A stretch of DNA of 39,905 nt from an uncultured Nitrososphaerota archaeon. Lineage in GTDB: Archaea > Thermoproteota > EX4484-205 > DTQO01. Shown piece by piece: positions 1 through 9,215 of the stretch. The DNA is taken from positions 1-39,905 of the forward strand of contig CAZWAU010000037.1 of NCBI GenBank assembly GCA_964631995.1, in the 5' to 3' direction. The translations under genes and the position numbers were made by a program. Each line of letters starts with the position of its first letter. Within the stretch, counting starts at the first letter, position 1. The notes beneath the pieces were generated by a model. The model made no database searches and was not told the origin of the DNA. It saw nothing but the letters and a program-made list of their open reading frames with translations.

Positions 1-665
<665 letters not shown>

Positions 666-734
666 TTCTTTCGGTCATCGTCAAAAGGGTATTTAACCAC
701 CAATGAAAATGCCATTCCGGTGCCCTGGAGCTGG

Positions 735-1445
735 TCACCTGTTCCTCAGCTTCGAGATGGCTGGAGGATTCTGCCTTATAATCCGCTCCGCCCATCCCTC
801 GATGCTTTCGTCAGGAGGCACTTGCTTCTTCAAGTAAACGCCGGTCCTGCCAGAAGCATCTCTCCTTAGCAAGACCCTCTCCCTCTCCCTGATCAGGTCG
901 ATGCTGATCCCAAGTAGCTTCGCGACCTCCACTTCAGAGCCTAGGATGGACATTTCTAAATGTCCCCTCTCGTTCGGCTCTATGAACACGAGCCTCTTGT
1001 CAACACCTCTCGTTCTCCGCTGCCCCATAACATCGGAAAGTGAGCAGATACCACCAAACTTGTAGAACTCATGTTCGAGCTTTTTGAGCTTTACGAGTGG
1101 GAATGTCACAACGATATTATTTCGTAGCTGTATCGTCGCTTTCACAGCATGCGAAGGTGTTGCCATCGTCACGAAGCGCGCCAATGGCTCGTACCCGATG
1201 TCGGAAAGCGCCAACTCAACTTTGTATGAGGGAATGACATCCATAGCGACTATGTCAATGTCGCTCCTCGCGTTTACGTCGCCACGCGCTGCGCTTCCAT
1301 GCAGAAACGGCACAACACCTCTGGCCTCCAATGAGGACATCACCTTCATGGCCTCCTGCCTTATCGCTCTGAGCATTTTGAAATGCCCTTCAGTATAGAT
1401 GACTTCGCGCAAAAGGGGCCTTCTAACAGGTTTGACTCTTGTCAT
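735..1445 (-). CDS. Pol-beta-superfamily nucleotidyltransferase domain protein
   Basis: 236-aa ORF with the motif HGSAARGDVNARSDIDIV (G[SG]...DxD minimal nucleotidyltransferase signature). Confidence 0.7.
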   Translation of the reverse strand: MTRVKPVRRPLLREVIYTEGHFKMLRAIRQEAMKVMSSLEARGVVPFLHGSAARGDVNARSDIDIVAMDVIPSYKVELALSDIGYEPLARFVTMATPSHAVKATIQLRNNIVVTFPLVKLKKLEHEFYKFGGICSLSDVMGQRRTRGVDKRLVFIEPNERGHLEMSILGSEVEVAKLLGISIDLIRERERVLLRRDASGRTGVYLKKQVPPDESIEGWAERIIRQNPPAISKLRNR

Positions 1446-1584
1446 GCGCTACTTTTCCAAATTACTGCAAACCGATCAGCTAGCTTTTAATCTATTCGTT
1501 CGATTACTTGGGAAACGCTAATATCACATCTCTAACGCCACGAAGCTCTTTGGGGAAGAAAAACTGATCCAAGATCTACTCCCG

Positions 1585-2676
1585 TTGGCACTCCTGCTCG
1601 CCACTCCTCCAGCTGCATATTTGGTGCTCCGCCTTATGAAGGCGAGGAGCGCGATCGTGGAAGCTTCCCCGATACATATCATATTACGCACGAGGGCTTT
1701 GAACCGTTTTCTGGAAGAGGCACCAAAGCGCCACCCGAGGTTGGCTTCGGTTCTTTCACAAATCTTGCTTGCATTCTTCCCGGTACTTGTCTTCCTTTTC
1801 TTCCTCCTGTTCGGCACGAACCTTCTCAACCTAGTTGGGAGGCCCTCCGAGGCGAACCAAGTTTCGCTTGTGATTCCTGGCGTCACGCTTGGCCTTCGTG
1901 AGATGCCTTACGTCATGGCAGCTCTCTTCGTGGGCGTTGCGTTCCACGAATTCGCGCATGGCATTGTTGGATCGAGCAAAGGCATACCGATCAAGTCGGT
2001 TGGCGTCGGGCTCTTCCTATCTCTTGGCTTTGCCTTGGTCGAGTTTGATGATGATGGTTTCAAGAAGGTCGACAGGGGATCGAGGATCAGGGCCATAGCT
2101 GCCGGGCCATCGGCCAACATGGTGGTATCAGCCATCATGATCCTCCTGATCAGCTTGCTTTCCTCAAGCGCCAGTGGCATCGTAGTATTGAGCGTTACAC
2201 CTCCCGCAAGCTCATACTTGAAAACATGGGATGTCATAACAAAAATCAACGGAACTGAAATGCTCTCTGATGCCAAATTCAGGTCATACATGGCATCTGT
2301 CAAGCCCGGAGACCTACTTGTTGTGCAGACGCTCGAAGGGATTTTTTATGTGAGGGCTGGGACGAACCCTTCCAACAGCAGCAGGGGCTATCTTGGTATC
2401 TCTGTAACCAGTTACATTCCAGTTCTGGAGTTCATGGGTTTGAAGGGTTCATATGACTTTGTTCTTCTCTTGAGCTGGATCAACTTGGCAAACTTGAGTT
2501 TGGCTGTTGTAAATGTCGCACCCATCGATCCTCTCGACGGCGGTAAGATTATCGATGAACTGCTTCCGGACAACAAAAAACCATTTATGAGAGCTCTAAA
2601 GCTTGCCATATTTTCTATGACGGCCATAATTCTCGTGGGGAACTTCGTCCTCTCCGCCTACAGGTTCGGCCTATGA
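1585..2676 (+). CDS. Site-2 protease family (M50) membrane metalloprotease with PDZ domain
   Basis: HEFAHG (HExxH) in a hydrophobic segment, the C-terminal motif NVAPIDPLDGGK (NxxPxxxLDG), multiple TM helices, and a central PDZ-like block (PGDLLVVQTLEG). The TTG start from the ORF track is uncertain. Confidence 0.85.
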   Translation: MALLLATPPAAYLVLRLMKARSAIVEASPIHIILRTRALNRFLEEAPKRHPRLASVLSQILLAFFPVLVFLFFLLFGTNLLNLVGRPSEANQVSLVIPGVTLGLREMPYVMAALFVGVAFHEFAHGIVGSSKGIPIKSVGVGLFLSLGFALVEFDDDGFKKVDRGSRIRAIAAGPSANMVVSAIMILLISLLSSSASGIVVLSVTPPASSYLKTWDVITKINGTEMLSDAKFRSYMASVKPGDLLVVQTLEGIFYVRAGTNPSNSSRGYLGISVTSYIPVLEFMGLKGSYDFVLLLSWINLANLSLAVVNVAPIDPLDGGKIIDELLPDNKKPFMRALKLAIFSMTAIILVGNFVLSAYRFGL

Positions 2677-3479
2677 GCTCCCGCACATGCAGCCTCTGTG
2701 GAACAGGAAATTGGAGGCACTTAATTCCCTTCACTCGGGAAACGCTTTGCGACAGCTGTTTCAGGAGGAGGTTCCTGGAAAGAGTTAGGAGGACATTGAA
2801 CAGGCTGAAGCTTTTGAATATCGAGAGCAAGCTTTTGCTCGGAGTTTCGGGAAGTTGTGAGAGCCTCGCCATGGCAAAAGCGATTTGGAAGCTGGAATCG
2901 AAGTACAAGGGTGTCCAGCTTTCCTTCGTCCATGTTTCGAGGTGGGATGATCACAAAGAGGAGGAAGCTATCGCTGGAACTTTTGAAAAACTAGGCCTTC
3001 CATTGAACTTGCTTAGAACCATCCAATTGAAGGCAAGATTTGGTTTCAATCTTCCAGACTTGGTCAAAGATGGCATCATCTCCGAGAGGGAGCTGTGCAG
3101 TGCATGCCAGAGTCTGGTGTCGGGCACCTTGACCATCGAGGCTGTTAGGTCGGGCGCTGATATCATTGTCTGCGGGGATTCTGCGGACGAACTGGCAGAG
3201 GAGGCGCTTTCCCTCCTTTGCGTTGGCAGATTTGGGAGAATGGATGAAAAGAAAGAACTCTTGGACGGCACGATTTGGTGCATCCGGCCACTCAGCCATG
3301 TCCTGAGAACTGAAGCTGAGAGCTTTCTGGATTCTTACGGGATCCATGCTAAGTACTCTTGCCCGTACAGGGGACTCCGAAGAAGGGAGTTCGCTGGATC
3401 GCTCAAGGCAATAGAAGAAAAACATCCTGGATCGGTTTTCTCAACCCTAAAATCGTTGCTAGATCTCGCGCATTCATAA
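2673..3479 (+). CDS. TtuA/NcsA-like PP-loop superfamily protein with N-terminal zinc ribbon and a degenerate PP-loop
   Basis: N-terminal CxxC...CxxC. CSAC plus SCPY cysteines match the TtuA-type cluster ligands. CGDSADELAEEALSLL aligns with GHNLDDEAET, and IRPL is present. The SGGxDS loop reads SGSCES. The start overlaps the upstream stop (ATGA). Confidence 0.6.
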   Translation: MSSRTCSLCGTGNWRHLIPFTRETLCDSCFRRRFLERVRRTLNRLKLLNIESKLLLGVSGSCESLAMAKAIWKLESKYKGVQLSFVHVSRWDDHKEEEAIAGTFEKLGLPLNLLRTIQLKARFGFNLPDLVKDGIISERELCSACQSLVSGTLTIEAVRSGADIIVCGDSADELAEEALSLLCVGRFGRMDEKKELLDGTIWCIRPLSHVLRTEAESFLDSYGIHAKYSCPYRGLRRREFAGSLKAIEEKHPGSVFSTLKSLLDLAHS

Positions 3480-3562
3480 CATGAAAGCTTGGCATCCAGC
3501 TCTTGGATGCATAGTTAAAGGCGCCTTTCCCTTGGCTATAATCACATAGATTCGGGAAAGAT

Positions 3563-3569
3563 TTTATTC
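3563..3569 (+). promoter_or_regulatory. Putative TATA box for the SRP RNA gene
   Basis: TTTTATT lies about 22-28 nt upstream of the SRP RNA 5' end at 3591. Confidence 0.4.
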
Positions 3570-3590
3570 TAGCGGAGCGTAACGATCGTT

Positions 3591-3908
3591 GGCGGCGGGT
3601 AAGGCTGGGAGGCTTGCCCTCTCCTACGAACCTGAAACGGGCAACATGCTGGGGCCAGTAACCTGAGGAGCGCGACCAAGCGCTCCAGGGGGCCTGCCTG
3701 CCACTGGGTTGAAGTCCAGCTCTGTCGGGCGAGTGCAGGAGTAGGCGCATCTGTAGGGGTGCGCCGTATCCCTAACCGACGAATGCGCCAGGCCCGGGAG
3801 GGAGCAGCGGTAAGGCGGGCTACTTTGCGCTGGCAGAAAAACTGGGCTGACTGGCGGAGGCAGGTGCTCCTGAAGAATGCTGGCCGCCATCCGAGGGAGC
3901 CGCCGCCA
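3591..3908 (+). ncRNA. Signal recognition particle RNA (archaeal 7S/SRP RNA)
   Basis: About 318 nt and GC-rich. 5' GGCGGCGG pairs with 3' CCGCCGCC. The helix-8 motif GCCAGGCCCGGGAGGGAGCAGCGGUAAGG matches the conserved archaeal CCAGGCCCGGAAGGGAGCAACGGUAGG. ORF-track entries here (3569-3925, minus strand) have non-protein-like composition. Confidence 0.85.
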
Positions 3909-4143
3909 ATTGAACAACTAAACATCCAGGTTTAAAAAAGCCCCAGCTCGAGGCCAAGTGCACGCCTTCAAATTTAGCTTATCCTTTAAAAAAGCATATC
4001 CTAGCGACTACAATAGTAACAACGTCTCAAACTAATCAAGCGCAAAATGCCAAAGCCATCATGAGCAAAGCGCAGACCATAAGATTCGGGCCGAACCGAT
4101 CAAAAACAGGTCTTGAGGAAAAAAGGATTTGTCGGTTTTTTAT

Positions 4144-4443
4144 TCACTGAGCCGATTCCTCTTGGGCTACTGAGTTTAGGTACCTGTCAAGCCTCATGTA
4201 GTCCTTAAGGAAGAGCATTCCCTTTTCAGTTGCTTCGTATATTTGCCCATTCGTGTCGGGGCTTTCCGTGATTTTCACAAGTCCACGGCTCTCGAGGAAT
4301 GTCAGATATCTTTGGAGCTGCGAGTGGCTAAGGTTTGCCTTGTACATCACATGTGTCTTCCTTGCCCCCCCTGCAGCTGCCGAGATTATTGAGGCAAGAA
4401 TCTCCAAACCGCTTCTGTTTTTAAACCTCGTTTCATTCGACAT
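4144..4443 (-). CDS. Small winged-helix DNA-binding protein (HTH_45-like)
   Basis: 99 aa. GGARKTHVMYKANLSHSQLQRYLTFLESRGLV...TEKGMLFLKDY is a typical archaeal wHTH pattern. A paralog lies at 19806-20165. Confidence 0.7.
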   Translation of the reverse strand: MSNETRFKNRSGLEILASIISAAAGGARKTHVMYKANLSHSQLQRYLTFLESRGLVKITESPDTNGQIYEATEKGMLFLKDYMRLDRYLNSVAQEESAQ

Positions 4444-4679
4444 AGCTCACACCGCGCAACCTCAAAATTGGTTTTCACTTCGCTTCTTATAAACAGTTAC
4501 CTTTAATGTTCATTTATTACTAAGTATTATTTTATGTATTGTAATTTTTTAGAAAATCGCCCTTCTCGGCTACGACTTCTCTAGCACCTTTTTATGGTCG
4601 CCCCCTCTAGTGATTTTGTCTCGAAAACGTAAGCCTTTATTAGAGAGTTCGGCAGCTCCAAGGTGGAGGCGCGTGTGTT

Positions 4680-4931
4680 TTGGCTAGCCACGCTTACGTT
4701 CTGATTAACGTTGAGATAGGGGCTGAAGGGGATGTGGTCAAGCAACTGGAGGCTAATGCAGGGGTAAGGGAGGCTTGGGTGGTCTATGGTGTCTATGACA
4801 TAGTCGCGAAGGTAGAGGCAGAGAACACAGACAAATTGAAGGAGATAATAAGCGATAATATCAGGAGGTTGGATGGCGTCAGGAACACCCTCACCCTAAT
4901 TCCAATAGAGGGATTCGAGAAGAAAAAGTAG
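4680..4931 (+). CDS. Stand-alone Lrp/AsnC ligand-binding (RAM) domain protein
   Basis: 83 aa. AYVLINVE...VVKQL..VREAWVVYGVYDIVAKVEA..TDKLKEII...IRRLDGVRNTLTLI matches the AsnC C-terminal domain pattern. TTG start. Confidence 0.75.
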   Translation: MASHAYVLINVEIGAEGDVVKQLEANAGVREAWVVYGVYDIVAKVEAENTDKLKEIISDNIRRLDGVRNTLTLIPIEGFEKKK

Positions 4932-5051
4932 TCTGAAATGGGCGCACTCGCCCTTTGCCCTAGAGGTGCACGAATTGGCTGCAACCGGCCGAACGATGAC
5001 CGGATACTGGTCAGACTACAGATATTTACCTGCTAGCAGGTGTAGCGGTGC

Positions 5052-5417
5052 ATGAAGCGCGTAGGTTCACGCGAATACCGCCGGATGCAAGAGCAGATGA
5101 TGAAGCGGATGGGGATGAAGATGGAGGAGGTCCCAGGCACCATCGAGGTTACGATACGCACACCTGAAAAGGTGATAAAGATCCAAAATCCATCGGTCGT
5201 AAGATACGAACTCCAAGGTCAGACATTCTTCCAGGTGGCTGGAACTCCTGAGGAATCTGCTTCGACTCCGTCAGAGGCGCCTCCTCTTCAGTTGCCGGAG
5301 GAAGACATCCTATTGGTTGCTCAACAAGCTGGTGCAAGCCAGGAGGATGCAAGGAAAGCACTGGAAGCAACTGGAGGAGATCTTGCGCAGGCAATAATCC
5401 TGCTTAAGAAGACCTAG
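5052..5417 (+). CDS. nac: Nascent polypeptide-associated complex protein (archaeal NAC) with C-terminal UBA domain
   Basis: 121 aa. NAC beta-barrel block (VTIRTPEKVIKIQNPSVVRYELQGQTFFQVAG) and a UBA-like tail (EEDILLVAQQAGASQEDARKALEATGGDLAQAIILL). Confidence 0.9.
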   Translation: MKRVGSREYRRMQEQMMKRMGMKMEEVPGTIEVTIRTPEKVIKIQNPSVVRYELQGQTFFQVAGTPEESASTPSEAPPLQLPEEDILLVAQQAGASQEDARKALEATGGDLAQAIILLKKT

Positions 5418-5871
5418 CTGGTCGATCTTGCCCTGATCCAGTTCTTACCTTAACTGCTACTCCCCTCTTGAAGCTGAGCATCTCCTCAGGTGAGAGCAAG
5501 GCCCTGCCCGTAGCAAGGACCCTGTCGTGGTCGTCGGTCACTATTGTTTCGTCACCCGGCCTCAGATCCGGATCGACGCTGACCACATGTCTTGCAAATA
5601 CAGACCTTCCCTGGGAAACGAACTTTCCAGCTCCCTTCTCGACCACGACCCTTTGCTTTGGAGGCAGGAAAGACCTAACGAACCTTTTGGCACATGGGAC
5701 TGTGAGTGCCAAGAGGCCTGTCGATGGCAGAACGGTAGCGAGGACCTGAGACGCCAATCTTGCCCTCCTAATCCTTCCAGTACTGGAAGAGAACTCAATC
5801 TTCGTCCTCGCCGGGAAGATGGCTTTGCCAGCGCCTGGACCGAACTGAAAGTCAGCTATCGCCCTAATCAT
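5404..5871 (-). CDS. PUA domain-containing protein (TGT C2/PUA-like)
   Basis: C-terminal PUA pattern (GAGKFVSQGRSVFARHVVSVDPDLRPGDETIVTDDHDRVLATGRALLSPEEM). I chose the internal ATG (MIRAIADFQFG) rather than the ORF-track start at 5922. It converges on and overlaps nac by 14 nt. Confidence 0.7.
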   Translation of the reverse strand: MIRAIADFQFGPGAGKAIFPARTKIEFSSSTGRIRRARLASQVLATVLPSTGLLALTVPCAKRFVRSFLPPKQRVVVEKGAGKFVSQGRSVFARHVVSVDPDLRPGDETIVTDDHDRVLATGRALLSPEEMLSFKRGVAVKVRTGSGQDRPARSS

Positions 5872-5960
5872 CTCCAACCCCTCTTTTTGGGAATAATGGA
5901 ATGTTCGGTGCTGCCTTCGCATCTGAACTACTCTCCGAAAAATTCGTACTTCTGGAAAGC

Positions 5961-6296
5961 TCAGTCCTTTATGGCCTCAAGTATCGAGACCGCATTCCAA
6001 ATACGGAGCCTCGAGTAACTTGGCATGTTCGGATCTGCCGATATGTCGTCCAAGATATGTATGGCTGTTGCGGCCTTCACTCCAGGCGTGCCCTCCGTTC
6101 CTGTGAGCTTGTCTATCGCATCTTTGACAGCTTTGCGTATGTTCCTTGGAGTTGTGTTGTCATTTGCGATTATCTGCATCACATTTATCGCATTCTTTAT
6201 CCTCTCTTCATTCTCTTGGGCCCTTTTCGTTTTCGGCTTCATGGAAGGCGCACGTACTTTGGAGTTTTCCCATTTGCTTATATCCTTTTCAAGCAA
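5961..6296 (-). CDS. UPF0147 family protein
   Basis: DNTTPRNIRKAVKDAIDKL...GVKAATAIHILDDISADPNMPSYSRLRIWNAVSILE matches the archaeal UPF0147 consensus. The true start may be an internal Met. Confidence 0.75.
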   Translation of the reverse strand: MLEKDISKWENSKVRAPSMKPKTKRAQENEERIKNAINVMQIIANDNTTPRNIRKAVKDAIDKLTGTEGTPGVKAATAIHILDDISADPNMPSYSRLRIWNAVSILEAIKD

Positions 6297-6428
6297 TCGG
6301 GCGCGACATCTGACAGGGGTTAAAATCGGGCAAAGGATTACCGCCAGTAATTTTGGATAAGGTATTTCGTCAAACCTTAAATGAGGGGAAAAATGGCCTC
6401 AAATTAACGCCGTTAAGGAAGTGGTGCC

Positions 6429-7601
6429 TTGCCAGAAGTTCGGGGAAGCGAAACGCTGAGAAAATACGAGGAGATAAACGAGAAGATAGGAAGGGGAGAG
6501 GCAACTGTTTTGACAGCCGAGGAGTTCGTTGCTGCTGTGGAGAGCAAGGGACTTGAGAAAGCTGCTAGGGAGGTCGATGTTGTCACAACTGGAACATTCG
6601 GTGCAATGTGCAGCAGTGGTGCGTTCTTGAACTTCGGCCACTCAGACCCTCCAATAAAGATGTGGCACTGCTGGTTGAATGATGTTCCTGCATACAAGGG
6701 GCTGGCAGCGGTCGATGCCTACATCGGGGCGACAGCAGCCAGCGAGAGCATGGGATTCGAGTATGGCGGAGGGCACGTCATAGAGGATCTGGTGTCAGGG
6801 CGCGAGATCAGGCTTCGCGCTGATGCATATGGAACCGATTGCTATCCAAGAAGGTACATAGAGACGACCTTGACTATCGAGGACCTTAACCAGGCTGTCC
6901 TACTGAATCCGAGAAATGCCTACGAACGCTATAATGCTGCGACAAACAGCACAAGCAGGACGATCTACACATACATGGGCACTTTACTGCCCAACTATGG
7001 AAATGTGACCTTCTCTGGCTCTGGCCAGCTAAGCCCTCTCCACAAGGACATGGGTTTCGAAACGATCGGAGTTGGGACAAGAATATTCCTTGGCGGTGGC
7101 ACAGGATATGTTATCGGAGAGGGGACACAACACTGCCCCCAGAAGCGGTTTGGGACGCTCATGGTCAAGGGAAATTTAAAGCAGATGAGTGGCCGTTACT
7201 TGAGGGGCGCGACCTTTCACAGGTATGGCCCAACAATGTACGTAGGCCTTGGTCTGCCGATACCGATCATAAACGAGAACGTTGCCAGAACAGCCGCACT
7301 TAGCGATTCGGAGATATTTACAGACCTGATCGATTACGGTGTTCCTTCGAGGGAAAGGCCCACTGTCAAGCAGGTTTCCTACAGGGAGCTGAAGTCTGGA
7401 AAGGTTCTCATCGGAGACGAAGAGGTGCATAGCTCGCCACTATCGAGCTTGAAGATGGCCAAAGAGGTGGCTGAAGTTCTTCGCGACATGATATTGGAGA
7501 AAAGGTTCTTCCTGAACAGGCCCGCCGAGCTTCTGCCTGCAGAGATGGAGTTCAAACCATTGCTGGAAAAAAGCCACGCAACGGTCGCGGTCGGGAGGTG
7601 A
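6429..7601 (+). CDS. Homocysteine biosynthesis enzyme, sulfur-incorporation type (COG1900/DUF39), without CBS domains
   Basis: INEKIGRGEATVLTAEEF...EVDVVTTGTFGAMCSSGAFLNFGHSDPPIKM...LNDVPAYKGLAAVDAYIGAT matches the DUF39 family (MA1821/MJ0100-like). TTG start is uncertain. Confidence 0.85.
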   Translation: MPEVRGSETLRKYEEINEKIGRGEATVLTAEEFVAAVESKGLEKAAREVDVVTTGTFGAMCSSGAFLNFGHSDPPIKMWHCWLNDVPAYKGLAAVDAYIGATAASESMGFEYGGGHVIEDLVSGREIRLRADAYGTDCYPRRYIETTLTIEDLNQAVLLNPRNAYERYNAATNSTSRTIYTYMGTLLPNYGNVTFSGSGQLSPLHKDMGFETIGVGTRIFLGGGTGYVIGEGTQHCPQKRFGTLMVKGNLKQMSGRYLRGATFHRYGPTMYVGLGLPIPIINENVARTAALSDSEIFTDLIDYGVPSRERPTVKQVSYRELKSGKVLIGDEEVHSSPLSSLKMAKEVAEVLRDMILEKRFFLNRPAELLPAEMEFKPLLEKSHATVAVGR

Positions 7602-7607
7602 TGGAGC

Positions 7608-7997
7608 ATGAACCTCAGGCTCGTGTACAAGCCAGAGCACATCAAGAGGCCAATCCTTGCAGAGACTGTTTTGAAGAAGAAGGTTCTACTGAACATACTT
7701 GAAGCAAAGGTTAACAGCCAGAAGGGCGAGCTCATAGTTTCTGCACCCCTTGAAGGCGAGGCCCTTGAAGACCTGATAAGGAGCTTCGAGGCTGAGGGAG
7801 TTGCTGTTGAGAAGCTCCCGCGCATAGTCGAGATCGATCAGGAAAAGTGCACTTCCTGCGGCGCCTGTATCTCCCCCTGCCCAGTCTCCGCGCTCTCGTT
7901 CAGCTCCGACTGGTCTTTGTTGCTTGACGAAAAGAGATGCGTGGGATGCAGGGTGTGCGTCGACGCATGCCCATTCAGAGCGATAAAGATGGCATGA
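7608..7997 (+). CDS. NIL domain / 2x[4Fe-4S] ferredoxin protein (MA1822-like partner of COG1900)
   Basis: N-terminal NIL-like domain, then CTSCGACISPCP and CVGCRVCVDACP cluster motifs. It lies immediately downstream of the DUF39 gene. Confidence 0.85.
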   Translation: MNLRLVYKPEHIKRPILAETVLKKKVLLNILEAKVNSQKGELIVSAPLEGEALEDLIRSFEAEGVAVEKLPRIVEIDQEKCTSCGACISPCPVSALSFSSDWSLLLDEKRCVGCRVCVDACPFRAIKMA

Positions 7998-8000
7998 ACG

Positions 8001-8789
8001 GTGACATCATTGGAGAAAATTTTTTCGAGGGGCCTTTACAGGGCAAGGAAGAGGATTGGGGAATCGAACATATTTGTCATAAGCGACATCGCGGAAGGGA
8101 TCGACGCCGCATTCAGGTCGGTAATGGAGAACAGGGAACAGCTCAAAAGCTACATAGAACTCAATCCTTCTTACAGATTTTCGCTGTACCCAGTTGAGAT
8201 CGATGAAAGGTTGCAGCCAAGGCTGGCCAGTTTGGCAGCCTCAAGCGCTTCGCTCGCGAATGTAGGCCCAATGGCCGCAATACCTGGAACCATCGCCGAC
8301 CTAGCTGTAGAGAGCATGCTCGAGCAAGGTTGCTCCGTTTCAGTGGTCGAGAACGGAGGGGAAGTAAGCGCCGTTTCAAGCATGCCTTTGGTTGTCGCAA
8401 TATATGCGGGTAAAACCCCAACTTCTGGGAAGATCGGCTTCCTTCTGGAGAGGAGCGATTTCCCAATAGGCATAGCGACGAGTTCAGCCTCAGTGAGCCA
8501 TGCGCTGAGCTTCGGTGAGGCCGATGCTGCTGTTGTTGTCTCCGATTCTGCTTCAATGGCTGACGCAGCTGCAACGCGCGTTTGCAATGAGGTCAGGGGA
8601 GAAGGGGAGGAGGAAGCGATAGAGGCCGGCCTCAGGACGGCGAAGGCGATTCCATGTGTGAGAGGTGCCCTTGTCGTGAAAGGCTCGCACATTGGCTTCG
8701 TTGGAAGCCTTCCGAAGATAGTAAAATTGCGGGGGGCTGCAGAAGGAATATTCGAGGCCTGCCTTCTCAGCGAGGCGCTTGGGACATGA
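8001..8789 (+). CDS. UPF0280 / COG2122 ApbE-like protein (MA1715-like)
   Basis: 262 aa. VGPMAAIPGTIADLAVESM...VENGGEV...IATSSASVSHALSFGEADAAVVVS matches the UPF0280 pattern. GTG start 4 nt after the upstream stop. Confidence 0.75.
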   Translation: MTSLEKIFSRGLYRARKRIGESNIFVISDIAEGIDAAFRSVMENREQLKSYIELNPSYRFSLYPVEIDERLQPRLASLAASSASLANVGPMAAIPGTIADLAVESMLEQGCSVSVVENGGEVSAVSSMPLVVAIYAGKTPTSGKIGFLLERSDFPIGIATSSASVSHALSFGEADAAVVVSDSASMADAAATRVCNEVRGEGEEEAIEAGLRTAKAIPCVRGALVVKGSHIGFVGSLPKIVKLRGAAEGIFEACLLSEALGT

Positions 8790-8858
8790 CAAAAGATGGT
8801 GCTACTTACAAGAGATAGTGCTGCTTATATCGCTCCAATAGATGTCATACTCTAGGGT

Positions 8859-9215
8859 ATGGCAGAAGTTAAGAAAATGGCAGAAGCGCTCAAAGCTGGC
8901 GCCACGATGCTCGCCGAACCCTGTCCGTCGTGTTCCTCCCCACTCTTCCGTTTCAAGTCCGGCGAGGTTAGGTGCGTGAGCTGCGGTGCAATTGTTAAAA
9001 TTGTTGGAGAGGAGAAGCCTTCGGAGGACCTTGGAAGTATTTTACAACCTTTGGAAAGGAAGGTTGTTGAGATCCTTGCCAAGGCCAGCAAAAGGCTCGA
9101 GGAAGTTGAAAGCGCAGATGTCGAAGCCACATTAGCACTGGTCGATAGGTGCCTCAGTATATTGGAGAGGATACGAAACATCAGGAAGGCTTCCAGCGTA
9201 AAAGGTGCCGATTAG
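8859..9215 (+). CDS. UPF0148 zinc-ribbon protein (autoantigen p27-like family)
   Basis: MAEALKAGATMLAEPCPSCSSPLFRFKSGEVRCVSCG is the characteristic N-terminus and CPxC...CxxC ribbon. Confidence 0.7.
   Translation: MAEVKKMAEALKAGATMLAEPCPSCSSPLFRFKSGEVRCVSCGAIVKIVGEEKPSEDLGSILQPLERKVVEILAKASKRLEEVESADVEATLALVDRCLSILERIRNIRKASSVKGAD

Noticed and set aside
3569-3925. Minus-strand ORFs of 97-118 aa in the ORF track. I also first thought the GC-rich RNA might be RNase P RNA because of a GAAGUCC-like string.
   Set aside because: The ORF products are Arg/Pro/Ala-rich and non-protein-like, and they lie antisense to a structured RNA. The helix-8 motif GCCAGGCCCGGGAGGGAGCAGCGGUAAGG and the GGCGGCGG/CCGCCGCC closing helix identify SRP RNA. 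The RNase P CR-I, CR-IV and CR-V blocks are not present.
4932-5051. GC-rich intergenic stretch with several short palindromes (GGGCG-CACT-CGCCC, GACCGG-ATA-CTGGTC, CCTGCTAGCAGG) as a possible small RNA or hidden intron-containing tRNA.
   Set aside because: I could not assemble acceptor, T-arm or anticodon features on either strand. The hairpins are adequately explained as terminator or operator elements between the AsnC-domain gene and nac.
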